Shown piece after piece: positions 7,821 to 17,641 of a DNA stretch of 64,000 nt. Location of the stretch: NCBI GenBank assembly GCA_963667785.2, contig CAXXMU010000002.1:544001-608000 (forward strand), written 5' to 3'. This DNA is from Alphaproteobacteria bacterium (GTDB lineage Bacteria > Pseudomonadota > Alphaproteobacteria > UBA828). The notes beneath the pieces were generated by a model. The model was not told where the DNA came from, made no database searches, and worked only from the letters and a program-made list of their open reading frames with translations. Position 1 is the first letter of the stretch. Each line of letters begins with the position of its first letter. The position numbers and the translations under genes are program-made.

Positions 7821-9158
7821 ATGGACAGCAGCGACATCAACTACCCCGAGAATCCCAACGACCTCGAAGCCTTCTGGATGCCGTTCACGGCGAACAGGGG
7901 CTACAAGGAGAAGCCGCGCCTGCTCAGCCGCGCGAGCGGCATGCACTACTACACGCCGGGCGGCCGCGAGGTGCTCGACGGCACCGCCGGTCTCTGGTGC
8001 TGCAATGCGGGCCACGGGCACGAGAAGATCGTCGCGGCCATCAAGGCGCAGGCCGAGCGCATGGACTTCGCGCCGACCTTCCAGCTCGGCCACCCTGCCG
8101 CCTTCGAGCTCGCCAACCGTCTCGTCGACCTCGCGCCGGGCGACCTCGACCACGTGTTCTTCACCAACTCGGGCTCGGAATCGGCGGACACCGCGCTGAA
8201 GATCGCGCTGGGCTATCACTACGTGCGGGGCAAGGGCTCGAAGACCCGCCTCATCGGGCGCGAGCGCGGTTACCACGGCACCAACTTCGGCGGCACCTCG
8301 GTGGGCGGCATCGTCAAGAACCGCATGTTCTACGGCGGCCTGCTCTCCGGCGTCGACCACATCCGCCACACCCACGACCTTGAGCACCAGGCCTTCAGCC
8401 GCGGCCAGCCCGAATGGGGCGCGCACCTGGCGGACGACCTCGAGCGGCTGGCGGCGCTGCACGATCCCTCCACCATCGCGGCGGTGATCGTGGAGCCCGT
8501 GGCGGGGTCTACCGGCGTGCTGGTGCCGCCGAGGGGCTACCTGCGCCGCCTACGGGAGATCTGCGACAAGCACGACATCCTGCTCATCTTCGACGAGGTG
8601 ATCACCGGCTTCGGCCGCCTCGGCGCGAACTTCGCGGCGGACCATTTCGACGTGCAGCCGGATATCCTGACCACCGCCAAGGCGCTGACCAACGCCACCG
8701 TGCCGATGGGCGCGGTGTTCTGCCGCAAGAAGATCTACGACGCCTTCATCGAGAACACGGCTAAGGGGATCGAGCTCTTCCACGGCTATACCTATTCCGG
8801 CCATCCGCTCGCGTCCGCCGCGGGGATCGCGACGCTCGATGTCTACCGCGAGGAAGGACTGTTCGAGCGCGCGGCCGAGCTTGCGCCCTACTGGGAGGAC
8901 GCGCTCTGGTCGCTCAGGGGCGGCCACCACGTGATCGACCTGCGCGGTATCGGGATCGTCGCCGGCATCGAGCTTGAGCCGCGTCCGGGCGCGCCGACCG
9001 CGCGCGCCACCGAGGTCTTCCACAAGTGCTTCGACGACGGCGTGCTGATCCGGGTCACGGCCGACACCATCGCGCTCTCGCCGCCGCTCATCGTCGAGAA
9101 GAATCAGATCGACCGCATCTTCGACACCATCGACGGCGCCCTGAAGACGGTCGACTGA
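7821..9158 (+). CDS. Omega-amino acid:pyruvate aminotransferase (class III PLP, beta-alanine-pyruvate type)
   Basis: [56 protein letters not shown] (PLP Lys), HGYTYSGHP. Confidence 0.92.
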   Translation: MDSSDINYPENPNDLEAFWMPFTANRGYKEKPRLLSRASGMHYYTPGGREVLDGTAGLWCCNAGHGHEKIVAAIKAQAERMDFAPTFQLGHPAAFELANRLVDLAPGDLDHVFFTNSGSESADTALKIALGYHYVRGKGSKTRLIGRERGYHGTNFGGTSVGGIVKNRMFYGGLLSGVDHIRHTHDLEHQAFSRGQPEWGAHLADDLERLAALHDPSTIAAVIVEPVAGSTGVLVPPRGYLRRLREICDKHDILLIFDEVITGFGRLGANFAADHFDVQPDILTTAKALTNATVPMGAVFCRKKIYDAFIENTAKGIELFHGYTYSGHPLASAAGIATLDVYREEGLFERAAELAPYWEDALWSLRGGHHVIDLRGIGIVAGIELEPRPGAPTARATEVFHKCFDDGVLIRVTADTIALSPPLIVEKNQIDRIFDTIDGALKTVD

Positions 9159-9199
9159 GGGCGCAGGACGGCCGGGCGCACGCGAGCGGGAGCGGCGGG

Positions 9200-10405
9200 A
9201 TGACGAAGGCAAGGGCCTATATCGTCGGCACCCTCGACACCAAGGGCGAGGAGCTGCTTTACCTTCGCGACCTGCTGGAAGGCGCCGGCGTGCCGGCCTG
9301 CGTCGTCGACGTAGGCACGGGCGGGGGCGTGCCGCCGGCCGGTGCGGACGTGAGCGCGTCGGAGGTCGCCGGCCACCATCCGAACGGTGCCGGCGCGGTG
9401 CTGGGCCTGGAGGATCGCGGCCAGGCGGTCGCCGCCATGGGCGAGGCGCTGGCCCGCTTCCTGCCGACATGCGCGGATGTGGGCGGCGTGATCGGGGCAG
9501 GGGGCTCCGGCAACACGGCGCTGGTCTCCCAGGGGATGCGGGCGCTCCCCATCGGGGTACCGCGGGTGCTGGTCTCCACCGTGGCGTCGGGCGACGTCGC
9601 GCCCTATGTCGGCCCCAACGACATCACCATGATGTATTCGGTGGTGGACGTCGCCGGGCTCAACCGCATCTCGCGGGTGGTGCTCGCCAACGCGGCCCAC
9701 GCGCTCGCCGGCATGATGGGCGGCACCGCGCCGGCGGGCGAGGACAAGCCCGCCATCGGGCTGACCATGTTCGGCGTCACCACGCCCTGCGTCGACCAGG
9801 TGCGTGCTGCGCTCGAGGCGCGCTACGACTGCCTCGTGTTCCACGCCACCGGCACCGGCGGCCGCTCGATGGAGAAACTGGTGGACTCCGGCCTCGTGCT
9901 GGGCTGCATCGACAGCACCACCACCGAGGTCTGCGACCTCCTCATGGGCGGCGTCTTCAGCGCGGGCGAGGACAGGCTCGGCGCCTTCGCGCGCACTGGC
10001 CTGCCCTATGTCGGCTCCTGCGGCGCGCTCGACATGGTGAACTTCGGCGCGCGCGACACGGTGCCCGCGCAGTACGAAGGCCGCACCTTCCACATTCACA
10101 ATCCCAATGTCACGCTCATGCGCACCACGGCAGATGAGAACCGGGCCATGGGCGAATGGATCGGGGCGAGGCTCAACGCCTGCGCCGGCCCGGTGCGCTT
10201 CCTGATCCCGGAGCAGGGGGTCTCGCTCATCGACGCGCCGGGGATGCCGTTTCACGACGCGGACGCCGATGCGGCCCTCTTCGAGGCGCTGGAGCGGACG
10301 GTCGAGCAGACCGAGAGCCGCCGCCTGATCCGCCTGCCGCACCACATCAACGACGCCGCGTTCGCCGAGGCTCTCGTCGAGAGCTGGCACGAGATCGCCG
10401 CCTGA
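9200..10405 (+). CDS. Tm-1-like ATP-binding domain protein (UPF0261)
   Basis: [80 protein letters not shown]. Confidence 0.9.
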   Translation: MTKARAYIVGTLDTKGEELLYLRDLLEGAGVPACVVDVGTGGGVPPAGADVSASEVAGHHPNGAGAVLGLEDRGQAVAAMGEALARFLPTCADVGGVIGAGGSGNTALVSQGMRALPIGVPRVLVSTVASGDVAPYVGPNDITMMYSVVDVAGLNRISRVVLANAAHALAGMMGGTAPAGEDKPAIGLTMFGVTTPCVDQVRAALEARYDCLVFHATGTGGRSMEKLVDSGLVLGCIDSTTTEVCDLLMGGVFSAGEDRLGAFARTGLPYVGSCGALDMVNFGARDTVPAQYEGRTFHIHNPNVTLMRTTADENRAMGEWIGARLNACAGPVRFLIPEQGVSLIDAPGMPFHDADADAALFEALERTVEQTESRRLIRLPHHINDAAFAEALVESWHEIAA

Positions 10406-10430
10406 GGCCGCAGGCGCAGGGAGACCGACG

Positions 10431-11261
10431 ATGCCGGGCATGGATCGCCGAACCCTCCTCGACAGGTTCCGCGGCATGGTCGCCCGCCGCGAGCCGATCA
10501 TCGGCGGCGGTGCGGGCACGGGCCTCTCGGCCAAGTGCGAGGAGGCCGGCGGCATCGATCTCATCGTGATCTACAATTCGGGCCGTTACCGCATGGCGGG
10601 GCGCGGCTCGCTCGCGGGCCTGCTCGCCTACGGCAACGCCAACGAGATCGTGAAGGAGATGGCGAGCGAGGTGATCCCGGTGGTCCGCCACACGCCGGTG
10701 CTCGCCGGCGTCAACGGGACCGATCCCTTCCTCGTGCTCGACCGCTTCCTCGACGAGCTGCGGGCGCTCGGCTTCGCCGGCGTGCAGAACTTCCCCACGG
10801 TCGGCCTGATCGACGGCGTCTTCCGCGCGAACCTGGAGGAAACCGGCATGGGCTACGGCCTGGAGGTGGACATGATCCGCGCGGCCTGCGAGGCCGACCT
10901 GCTCACCACGCCCTACGTCTTCTCCGAGGCCGACGCGGTGGCGATGACGGAGGCCGGCGCCGACATCGTCGTCTGCCACATGGGGCTGACGACCAGCGGC
11001 AGCATCGGCGCGCAGACCGCGAAGTCGCTGGAGGAGTGCGTGGCGCTGATCGACCGGTGGGCAGAGGCGGCGCTGGCCGTGCGCGACGACGTCATCGTGC
11101 TCTGCCACGGCGGGCCCATCGCCATGCCGGAGGACGCCACCTACGTCCTGCAGAACGCGCAGCACGTGCACGGCTTCTACGGCGCGAGCAGCATGGAGCG
11201 CCTGCCCACCGAGCGCGCCATGACCGCGCAGACCAAGGCGTTCAAGGAAATCAGCTTCTAG
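10431..11261 (+). CDS. PEP hydrolase-like TIM-barrel protein (homologue of the Tm-1 C-terminal domain)
   Basis: [80 protein letters not shown]. Confidence 0.9.
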   Translation: MPGMDRRTLLDRFRGMVARREPIIGGGAGTGLSAKCEEAGGIDLIVIYNSGRYRMAGRGSLAGLLAYGNANEIVKEMASEVIPVVRHTPVLAGVNGTDPFLVLDRFLDELRALGFAGVQNFPTVGLIDGVFRANLEETGMGYGLEVDMIRAACEADLLTTPYVFSEADAVAMTEAGADIVVCHMGLTTSGSIGAQTAKSLEECVALIDRWAEAALAVRDDVIVLCHGGPIAMPEDATYVLQNAQHVHGFYGASSMERLPTERAMTAQTKAFKEISF

Positions 11262-11279
11262 GCGGATGGGGCGGCGCGC

Positions 11280-11952
<673 letters not shown>

Positions 11953-11972
<20 letters not shown>

Positions 11973-12720
11973 GCTCCTCATCCCCGAGATAGGCTCCCTG
12001 CACCTCCTCGTTGGCGCGGATCTCCTCCGGCGTGCCGCTGGCGATGATGCGGCCGTAGACGATGACCGAGATGCGGTCCGCCAGCGCGAAGACCGCGTCC
12101 ATGTCGTGCTCGACCAGCAGGATCGGCGCCTCCGCCCGCAGACCGTCGAGAATCTCGACCAGCTTCTGCGTGTTCTCCGGCCCCATGCCGGCCATGGGCT
12201 CGTCCAGCAGGAACGCCTTGGGCCGGAGCGCGAGCGCGATGGCGATCTCGAGCGCCCGCCGCTCGCCGTGCGAGAGATTGGCCGCGCGGACCCCGGCCCT
12301 GTCGTCCAGCAGGAGGCGCTCGAGATGGGCCATGGCCGGCTCCACCAGCGCTCGGTCGCGCAGCGCCGGCCGGAGGAAGCGGAAGGTGGTTCCGTTCACC
12401 GACTGGACCGCCAGCATGACGTTCTGGAGCGCCGTGAACTCGGGCGCGACGGACGAGACCTGAAACGTTCGCGCCAGCCCGAGCCGGGCGCGCGCCACCA
12501 CGTCGAGCCGGTCGATGACGCGGCCGGCGAAGCGGATGGAGCCCTTGTCCTGCCTGATCTCGCCCGCGATCTGCTTGATCACCGTGGACTTGCCGGCGCC
12601 GTTGGGGCCGATCAACGCGTGAATCTCGCCGGGTCTGAGGTCGAGCGTGACATCGTCGTTGGCGACCACGGCGCCGAAGCGCTTGGAGAGGGCTTCGAGC
12701 GTGAGGATCGGCTCAGGCAT
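11953..12720 (-). CDS. livG: Branched-chain amino acid-type ABC transporter ATP-binding protein (LivG-like)
   Basis: GPNGAGKS, LSHGERR, LLDEPMAG, VEHDM, VQGAYLG. Confidence 0.9.
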
Positions 12721-13693
12721 GGCGGGGCTGGCCTGCGAGAATTCCGATCACGCCGCCGCGCGCGAACAGCACGAGCGCGACCAGGACGGCGCCCAGCAGC
12801 AGCAGCCAGTGCTCGCTCACGTCGCCCAGCGTGTGCTCGAGCACGATGTAGAGCGCCGCGCCGGCCGAGGGGCCGAAGAGCCGCCTCACGCCGCCGAGAA
12901 TCACGAACACCATGATCTCGCCGGAGGTGTGCCAGGACAGCATCGACGGGCTGACGAAGCGGTTGAGGTCGGCGTAGAGCGCACCCGCCAGCCCCGCCAT
13001 CATGCCCGAGATCACGAAGGCGGTGAGCTTCACGCGGAACGGGCTGATGCCGACGGTGGCGAGCCGCTGGGCGTTCTGCCGCGCGCCGTTGAGCGCCAGC
13101 CCGAAGCGCGAGCGCGAGAGCAGGAAGGAGAAGGCGATCGCGAATCCCAGAAGCACGTAGCAGACCGCGAAGAAGCTCAGCGGGTCGAGCGTGTTGAGCC
13201 CGGGAAACTCGTTCCTGATGTAGATCGAGAGCCCGTCCTCGCCGCCGTAGGCCGGCCAGGAGATGGCGAAGTAGTAGACCATCTGGGCGAAGGCGAGCGT
13301 GATCATGATGAAGAAGACGCCGCTCGTGCGCAGCGAGAGCGCGCCGATCACCAGCGCGGCGACCCCGCTGACGAGGATCGCCACGCACCAGATGATCGGC
13401 ATGAAGGTGGTGCCCTCGACCGTGAGCGGCCAGGTGAGGAGCGGCTCGTAGTTGAGCGCGTGGCTGGCGAGGATGCCGGCCGCGTAGCCGCCGAGCCCGA
13501 AAAACGCCGCGTGGCCGAGGGACACCATGCCGCCGTAACCCAGCGCGATGTTGAGGCCGGTGCCGGCGAGCGCCAGGATCGCCACCTTGGTCGCGAGCGT
13601 GATGACGAAGGGCTCGTCGAACGTCTGCCCCAGCAGCGGGGCGGCGAGCAGCCCCGCCGCGATCAGGAAGCCGATGACGGTCTCGCGACCCAT
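12713..13693 (-). CDS. livM: Branched-chain amino acid-type ABC transporter permease (LivM-like)
   Basis: GYGGMVSLGHAAFFGLGGY, FFIMITLAFAQM, GGEDG; multiple TM segments. Confidence 0.88.
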   Translation of the reverse strand: MGRETVIGFLIAAGLLAAPLLGQTFDEPFVITLATKVAILALAGTGLNIALGYGGMVSLGHAAFFGLGGYAAGILASHALNYEPLLTWPLTVEGTTFMPIIWCVAILVSGVAALVIGALSLRTSGVFFIMITLAFAQMVYYFAISWPAYGGEDGLSIYIRNEFPGLNTLDPLSFFAVCYVLLGFAIAFSFLLSRSRFGLALNGARQNAQRLATVGISPFRVKLTAFVISGMMAGLAGALYADLNRFVSPSMLSWHTSGEIMVFVILGGVRRLFGPSAGAALYIVLEHTLGDVSEHWLLLLGAVLVALVLFARGGVIGILAGQPRHA

Positions 13694-13694
13694 C

Positions 13695-14618
13695 TCAGTG
13701 GCTCCTGCTGCCGAACAGCCCGGTCGGGCGCAGGAAGAGGACCAGCGCCATCAGGATGTAGATGAGCATCGACGCGAGCGCGGAGCCCACGGTGGTGGCG
13801 CTCGACGATTCCATGAAGGTGTCGAAGAGCGCCGGCAGCAGGACGCGCCCGAGCGTGTCCGTGAGGCCCACCAGGAGCGAGCCGACCAGGGCGCCGCCGA
13901 TGGAGCCGAGCCCGCCGATGATGATGACGACGAAGGCGAGGATCAGCACCGGCTCGCCCATCCCCACCTGCACCGACTGGATCGTGCCCACCAGCGCGCC
14001 GGCGAAGCCCGCCAGCGCCGCGCCGAGGGCGAACACGGTGGTGTAGAGCCTGCGGATGTCGACGCCGAGGGCGGCGATCATCTCGCGGTCGGATTCGCCC
14101 GCGCGGATGCGGATGCCGAGGCGGGTCCGCGCGATCAGGAGGAAGAGGCCGCTCGCGATCAGCAGCCCGATCAGGATGATGGCGAAGCGGAAGAGCGGGT
14201 AGTCGATGCCGCCGGGGAGCGCGACCGGCCCCGAGAGCCAGGCGGGAACGCTGAGATAGAGGGGGAAGGAGCCGAACACCCAGCGGGTGCCTTCCGAGAA
14301 GACGAGGATCAGCGCGAAGGTGGCGAGCACCTGGTCGAGGTGGTCCCGGCGGTAGAGCCGCCTGATGACGGCGACCTCGACGATGGCGCCGGCGGCGGCC
14401 GCGGCGGCGAGGCTTGCGACCAGTCCGATCCAGTAGGAGCCGGTCGCGGCCGCGACCGCCGCGCAGGCGAAGGCGCCGATCATGTAGAACGAGCCGTGGG
14501 CGAGGTTGATGAGGCCCATGACGCCGAAGATCAGCGTCAGCCCGGCGGCCATCAGGAACAGCATGACGCCGAACTGCACGCCGTTCAGCAGCTGCTCGAC
14601 GATGAGCGAGACCGTCAA
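13695..14618 (-). CDS. livH: Branched-chain amino acid-type ABC transporter permease (LivH-like)
   Basis: QLLNG...GLTLIFGVMGLINLAHGSFYMIGA, AFVVIIIGGLGSI, RPTGLFG; TTG start. Confidence 0.88.
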   Translation of the reverse strand: MTVSLIVEQLLNGVQFGVMLFLMAAGLTLIFGVMGLINLAHGSFYMIGAFACAAVAAATGSYWIGLVASLAAAAAAGAIVEVAVIRRLYRRDHLDQVLATFALILVFSEGTRWVFGSFPLYLSVPAWLSGPVALPGGIDYPLFRFAIILIGLLIASGLFLLIARTRLGIRIRAGESDREMIAALGVDIRRLYTTVFALGAALAGFAGALVGTIQSVQVGMGEPVLILAFVVIIIGGLGSIGGALVGSLLVGLTDTLGRVLLPALFDTFMESSSATTVGSALASMLIYILMALVLFLRPTGLFGSRSH

Positions 14619-14693
14619 GTCCTAGTGTCCTGTTTCTGAAGCTCGCATGATTCTGGGTTGGCTGTGCAGTCTACCCGAACCAGCAATTCTTCT

Positions 14694-14788
14694 CGTCATG
14701 CCCGGACTTGTTCCGGGCATCTCGCACAGCTGGACCTGTCTGACTCTACGCAAACACGTGGATGGCCGGGACAAGCCCGGCCATGACG
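14694..14788. repeat. CGTC-tagged REP-like palindromic doublet (95 bp)
   Basis: CGTCATGCCCGGACTTGTTCCGGGCATC-N39-GATGGCCGGGACAAGCCCGGCCATGACG; each arm is a hairpin and the arms are inverted copies of each other. Confidence 0.88.
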
Positions 14789-14907
14789 TGCAGGGGGCAC
14801 CTGGTCAATGTGGTCAAACTTCTCGATCGGGACACGAGCGTCCTGTCCCGGTGGCCCGAAGCAGGGAACGGCCGCGCGGGGCGGCCCGTTCCCCCCGCTC
14901 GGGCAGG

Positions 14908-16050
14908 CTACATCGAGCAGTCGTCGATATAGGCGTTGGCATGGTCGGTCATGGCCACGCCGATGATCTTGTTGGTGAAGACGTCGCCTTCCTTGATCAC
15001 CTCGCGGACGTAGATGTCCTGGATCGGATGATGGTTGGAGGCGAAGGCGAAGTCGCCGCGCGTGGAACTGAAGTCGGCCATCCTGAGCGCATCGCGGAAG
15101 GCGCCCGCGTCCGAGACGCTGGCCTTGCCCATGGCCGAGATCAGCAGGTTCGCCGTGTCGAAGCCCTGGCTCGCGTAGAGCGAGGGCAGGCGGCCGTAGG
15201 CGGCCTGGAAGCTGTCGACGAAGGCCTTGTTGGTCGGATTGTCGATGTCCTTGTTCCACTGCGACGTGTTCCTCACGCCCATCGCCGCCTCGCCGACGGC
15301 CTGCAGGATGCCCTGGTCGAAGGAGAAGGCCGGGCCGACGAGCGGGATGTCGACGCCGGCCTGGGCATACTGCTTGAGGAAGGCGATGCCCATGCCGCCG
15401 GGCAGGAAGAAGTACACGCTGTCGGCGCCCGAGGCCCGGATCTGCGCGATCTCGGGTGCGTAGTCGGAGGCGCCCAGCTTGGTGTAGACCTCGTCGGCGA
15501 CGGCGCCCTTATAGAAGCGCTTGTAGCCGGTCAGCATGTCCCGGCCGGCGGGGTAGTTGGGCGCGAGCAGGAAGCTGTTGGCGTAGCCCGCGTCGTTCGC
15601 GTAGCCGCCGGCGGCCTCGGCCAGATTGTCGTTCTGCCAGGCGACGTTGAAGTAGTTCTCGTGGCAGCGCTCGCCGGCGAGCATCGAAGGCCCGGCATTG
15701 GGCGAGAGGTAGAACTTGCCCTGCTGCACCACGGCGGGCACGACGGCGATGGCGAGGTTCGACCAGATGATGCCGGTCAGCACGTCGACCTTGTCGCTCT
15801 GGATCAGCTTGTCGGCGAGCTGGACGGCGATGTCCGGCTTGCGCTGATCGTCTTCCACGATCAGCTCGATGTCGGCGCCGGCCTGCTCGGCTGCGAGCAT
15901 GAATCCGTCGCGCACGTCGATGCCCAGCGCGGCGCCGCCGCCGGTGAGCGTGGTGATCATGCCGACCTTGAGGGTCTCGGCATGGGCGGCGGTGGCAAGC
16001 GTCATCGCCGCAACCGCCGCAATCAGACTCAGGCTGAGTGGCTTTCTCAT
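14908..16050 (-). CDS. ABC transporter substrate-binding protein (Liv/Peripla_BP_6 family)
   Basis: Signal peptide MRKPLSLSLIAAVAAMTLATAAHA; GIDVRDGF, EDDQRKPD, TGIIWSN, SPNAGPS, AWQND. Confidence 0.9.
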   Translation of the reverse strand: MRKPLSLSLIAAVAAMTLATAAHAETLKVGMITTLTGGGAALGIDVRDGFMLAAEQAGADIELIVEDDQRKPDIAVQLADKLIQSDKVDVLTGIIWSNLAIAVVPAVVQQGKFYLSPNAGPSMLAGERCHENYFNVAWQNDNLAEAAGGYANDAGYANSFLLAPNYPAGRDMLTGYKRFYKGAVADEVYTKLGASDYAPEIAQIRASGADSVYFFLPGGMGIAFLKQYAQAGVDIPLVGPAFSFDQGILQAVGEAAMGVRNTSQWNKDIDNPTNKAFVDSFQAAYGRLPSLYASQGFDTANLLISAMGKASVSDAGAFRDALRMADFSSTRGDFAFASNHHPIQDIYVREVIKEGDVFTNKIIGVAMTDHANAYIDDCSM

Positions 16051-16100
16051 GGCTCTCGGTCTCCCGTGGTGTCTTTCGTTCCGTCTCCTAAAACGAGCTG

Positions 16101-17549
16101 TCACGCCCCCGAATTGACGGGGGGCACGCGGTCCGCCCAGGGCTGCGCCTGCTCAAGCTGGGCGGCGAGGCGGAAGAGCAGCGCCTCGTCGAGGTCCCGC
16201 CCGACGAGCTGGCATCCCACCGGCAGGCCGCCTTCGGTCCAGTGCAGCGGCAGCGAGATTCCCGGCAGGCCGGTCGCGTTGAAGGGCTGGGTGAAGGCGC
16301 AGTCCGGCCCCATGACGGTCGCGTTGTACTCGTCCACGCCGAGCGACATGTCGTAGTAGCCGATCTTGCGCGGCACCATCGGCACCACCGGCATCAGCCA
16401 GGCGTCGTAGGCGGCCATGCGGGCGACGATCTCCCGGCACATGACGCGCAGCGTCGCGACGTCGTTGTGATGGTCGACGCCCGAGATGTCGCGCCCCCGC
16501 TGGATCGTGGTCCAGTAGAGGTTCTCGGTCTCGTCCTGGCGCAGCGGGTGGCCGACGAGGCCGGCGCTGCCGTCGAACCAGGCCGCGGTGACCACGGCCC
16601 CGACCCGCATGTAGGTGTCGTAGAGCGGCCAGAAGTCGTAGGGCACCGCCTCGGGCGTGACGCGGTGGCCGAGGTTCTCCAGCAGCCGGCCGGCATTCTC
16701 GATGCCCTCGCGCACCTCGGCGTCGACCGGCGTGCAGCCGTCAGGCGACGCCGTGACCATGGCGATGGAGAGCGCGCCCGGGTCCTTGCCGAGCTCGTCC
16801 ATGTAGGGGGTGCCGGGCATGACGGCGTAGTAGGGGTCGCCGGGGAGCGGCCCGCCGACGGTATCGAAGAAGGCCGCCGTGTCGCGCACGCTCCGCGAGA
16901 CGCAGAGGAAGGTGACGCCGCCGTACCAGAAGTCCGCCCCCGGTGCCATGGTGATGCGGCCGCGCGCGGGCTTGAGGCCGACCAGTCCGGAGTTGCAGGC
17001 CGGCGTGCGGATCGAGCCGCCGCCGTCGCTCGCTTCCGCCAGCGGCAGCACGCGGGCGGCGACGGCCGCCGCGGAGCCGCCGGAGGAGCCGCCGGGCGTC
17101 CGCGTGATGTCCCAGGGGTTGACGGTCGCGCCGTACATCTTGGGCTCGGTGGAGAGCGCCCAGCCGGCCTCGGGCGAGTTGGACTTGCCGAGCAGCACGA
17201 AGCCCGCCTGCTAGACGCGCCTCACCTGCTCGCCGTCGCTGGTGGAGACCACGTCCTTGAAGTAGGGGCAGGCGTTGGTGTTCTGCAGCCCCTCCCAGTC
17301 GGTGGCGATCTCCTTCACCAGCCAGGGCACGCCCTTGAAGGGGCCGTCGGGCAGCGCCGGGTCCGCCGCCATCCGGCGGCCTTCCTCGTAGGCCTTGTAG
17401 GTGAGGAAGTTGAGGGTGCCGTTGACCGCTTCGGCGCGGCTGATCGCCTCCTCGATCACCTCGCTCGGCGAGACCTCGCCCGTCCTCACGAGCCCGGCGA
17501 GCCCGACCCCGTCGAGCGTGCCGTAGACATCGGACAATCCGCCCGTCAT
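16101..17549 (-). pseudogene. Amidase-signature family amidase interrupted by one in-frame TAG (17211-17213)
   Basis: ORFs 17211..17549 and 16101..17198 share a frame: GPFKGVPWLVKE...RRV*QAGFVLLGKSNSPE...TPGGSSGGSAAAVA...SDGGGSIR; catalytic Lys/Ser/Ser intact. Confidence 0.85.
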
Positions 17550-17641
17550 GCGTCCCCTCCCGCGTCGTGCAATGACAGCGTCGGCCCGTTATCGCACGGC
17601 GGCGGGTGGCGCGATACCCTGTGCCGGACCCTACGCCGGCC

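Noticed and set aside
14647-14790. Similar peptides (VMPGLVPGIS...KHVDGR) in ORFs 14647..16356 and 39181..39741 suggesting a small gene family
   Set aside because: They are translations of the palindromic DNA repeat, not genes
17211-17213. Genome-wide TAG recoding
   Set aside because: Many intact genes here (e.g. puuE, sufB, serC, acoC) end at TAG at the expected C-terminus
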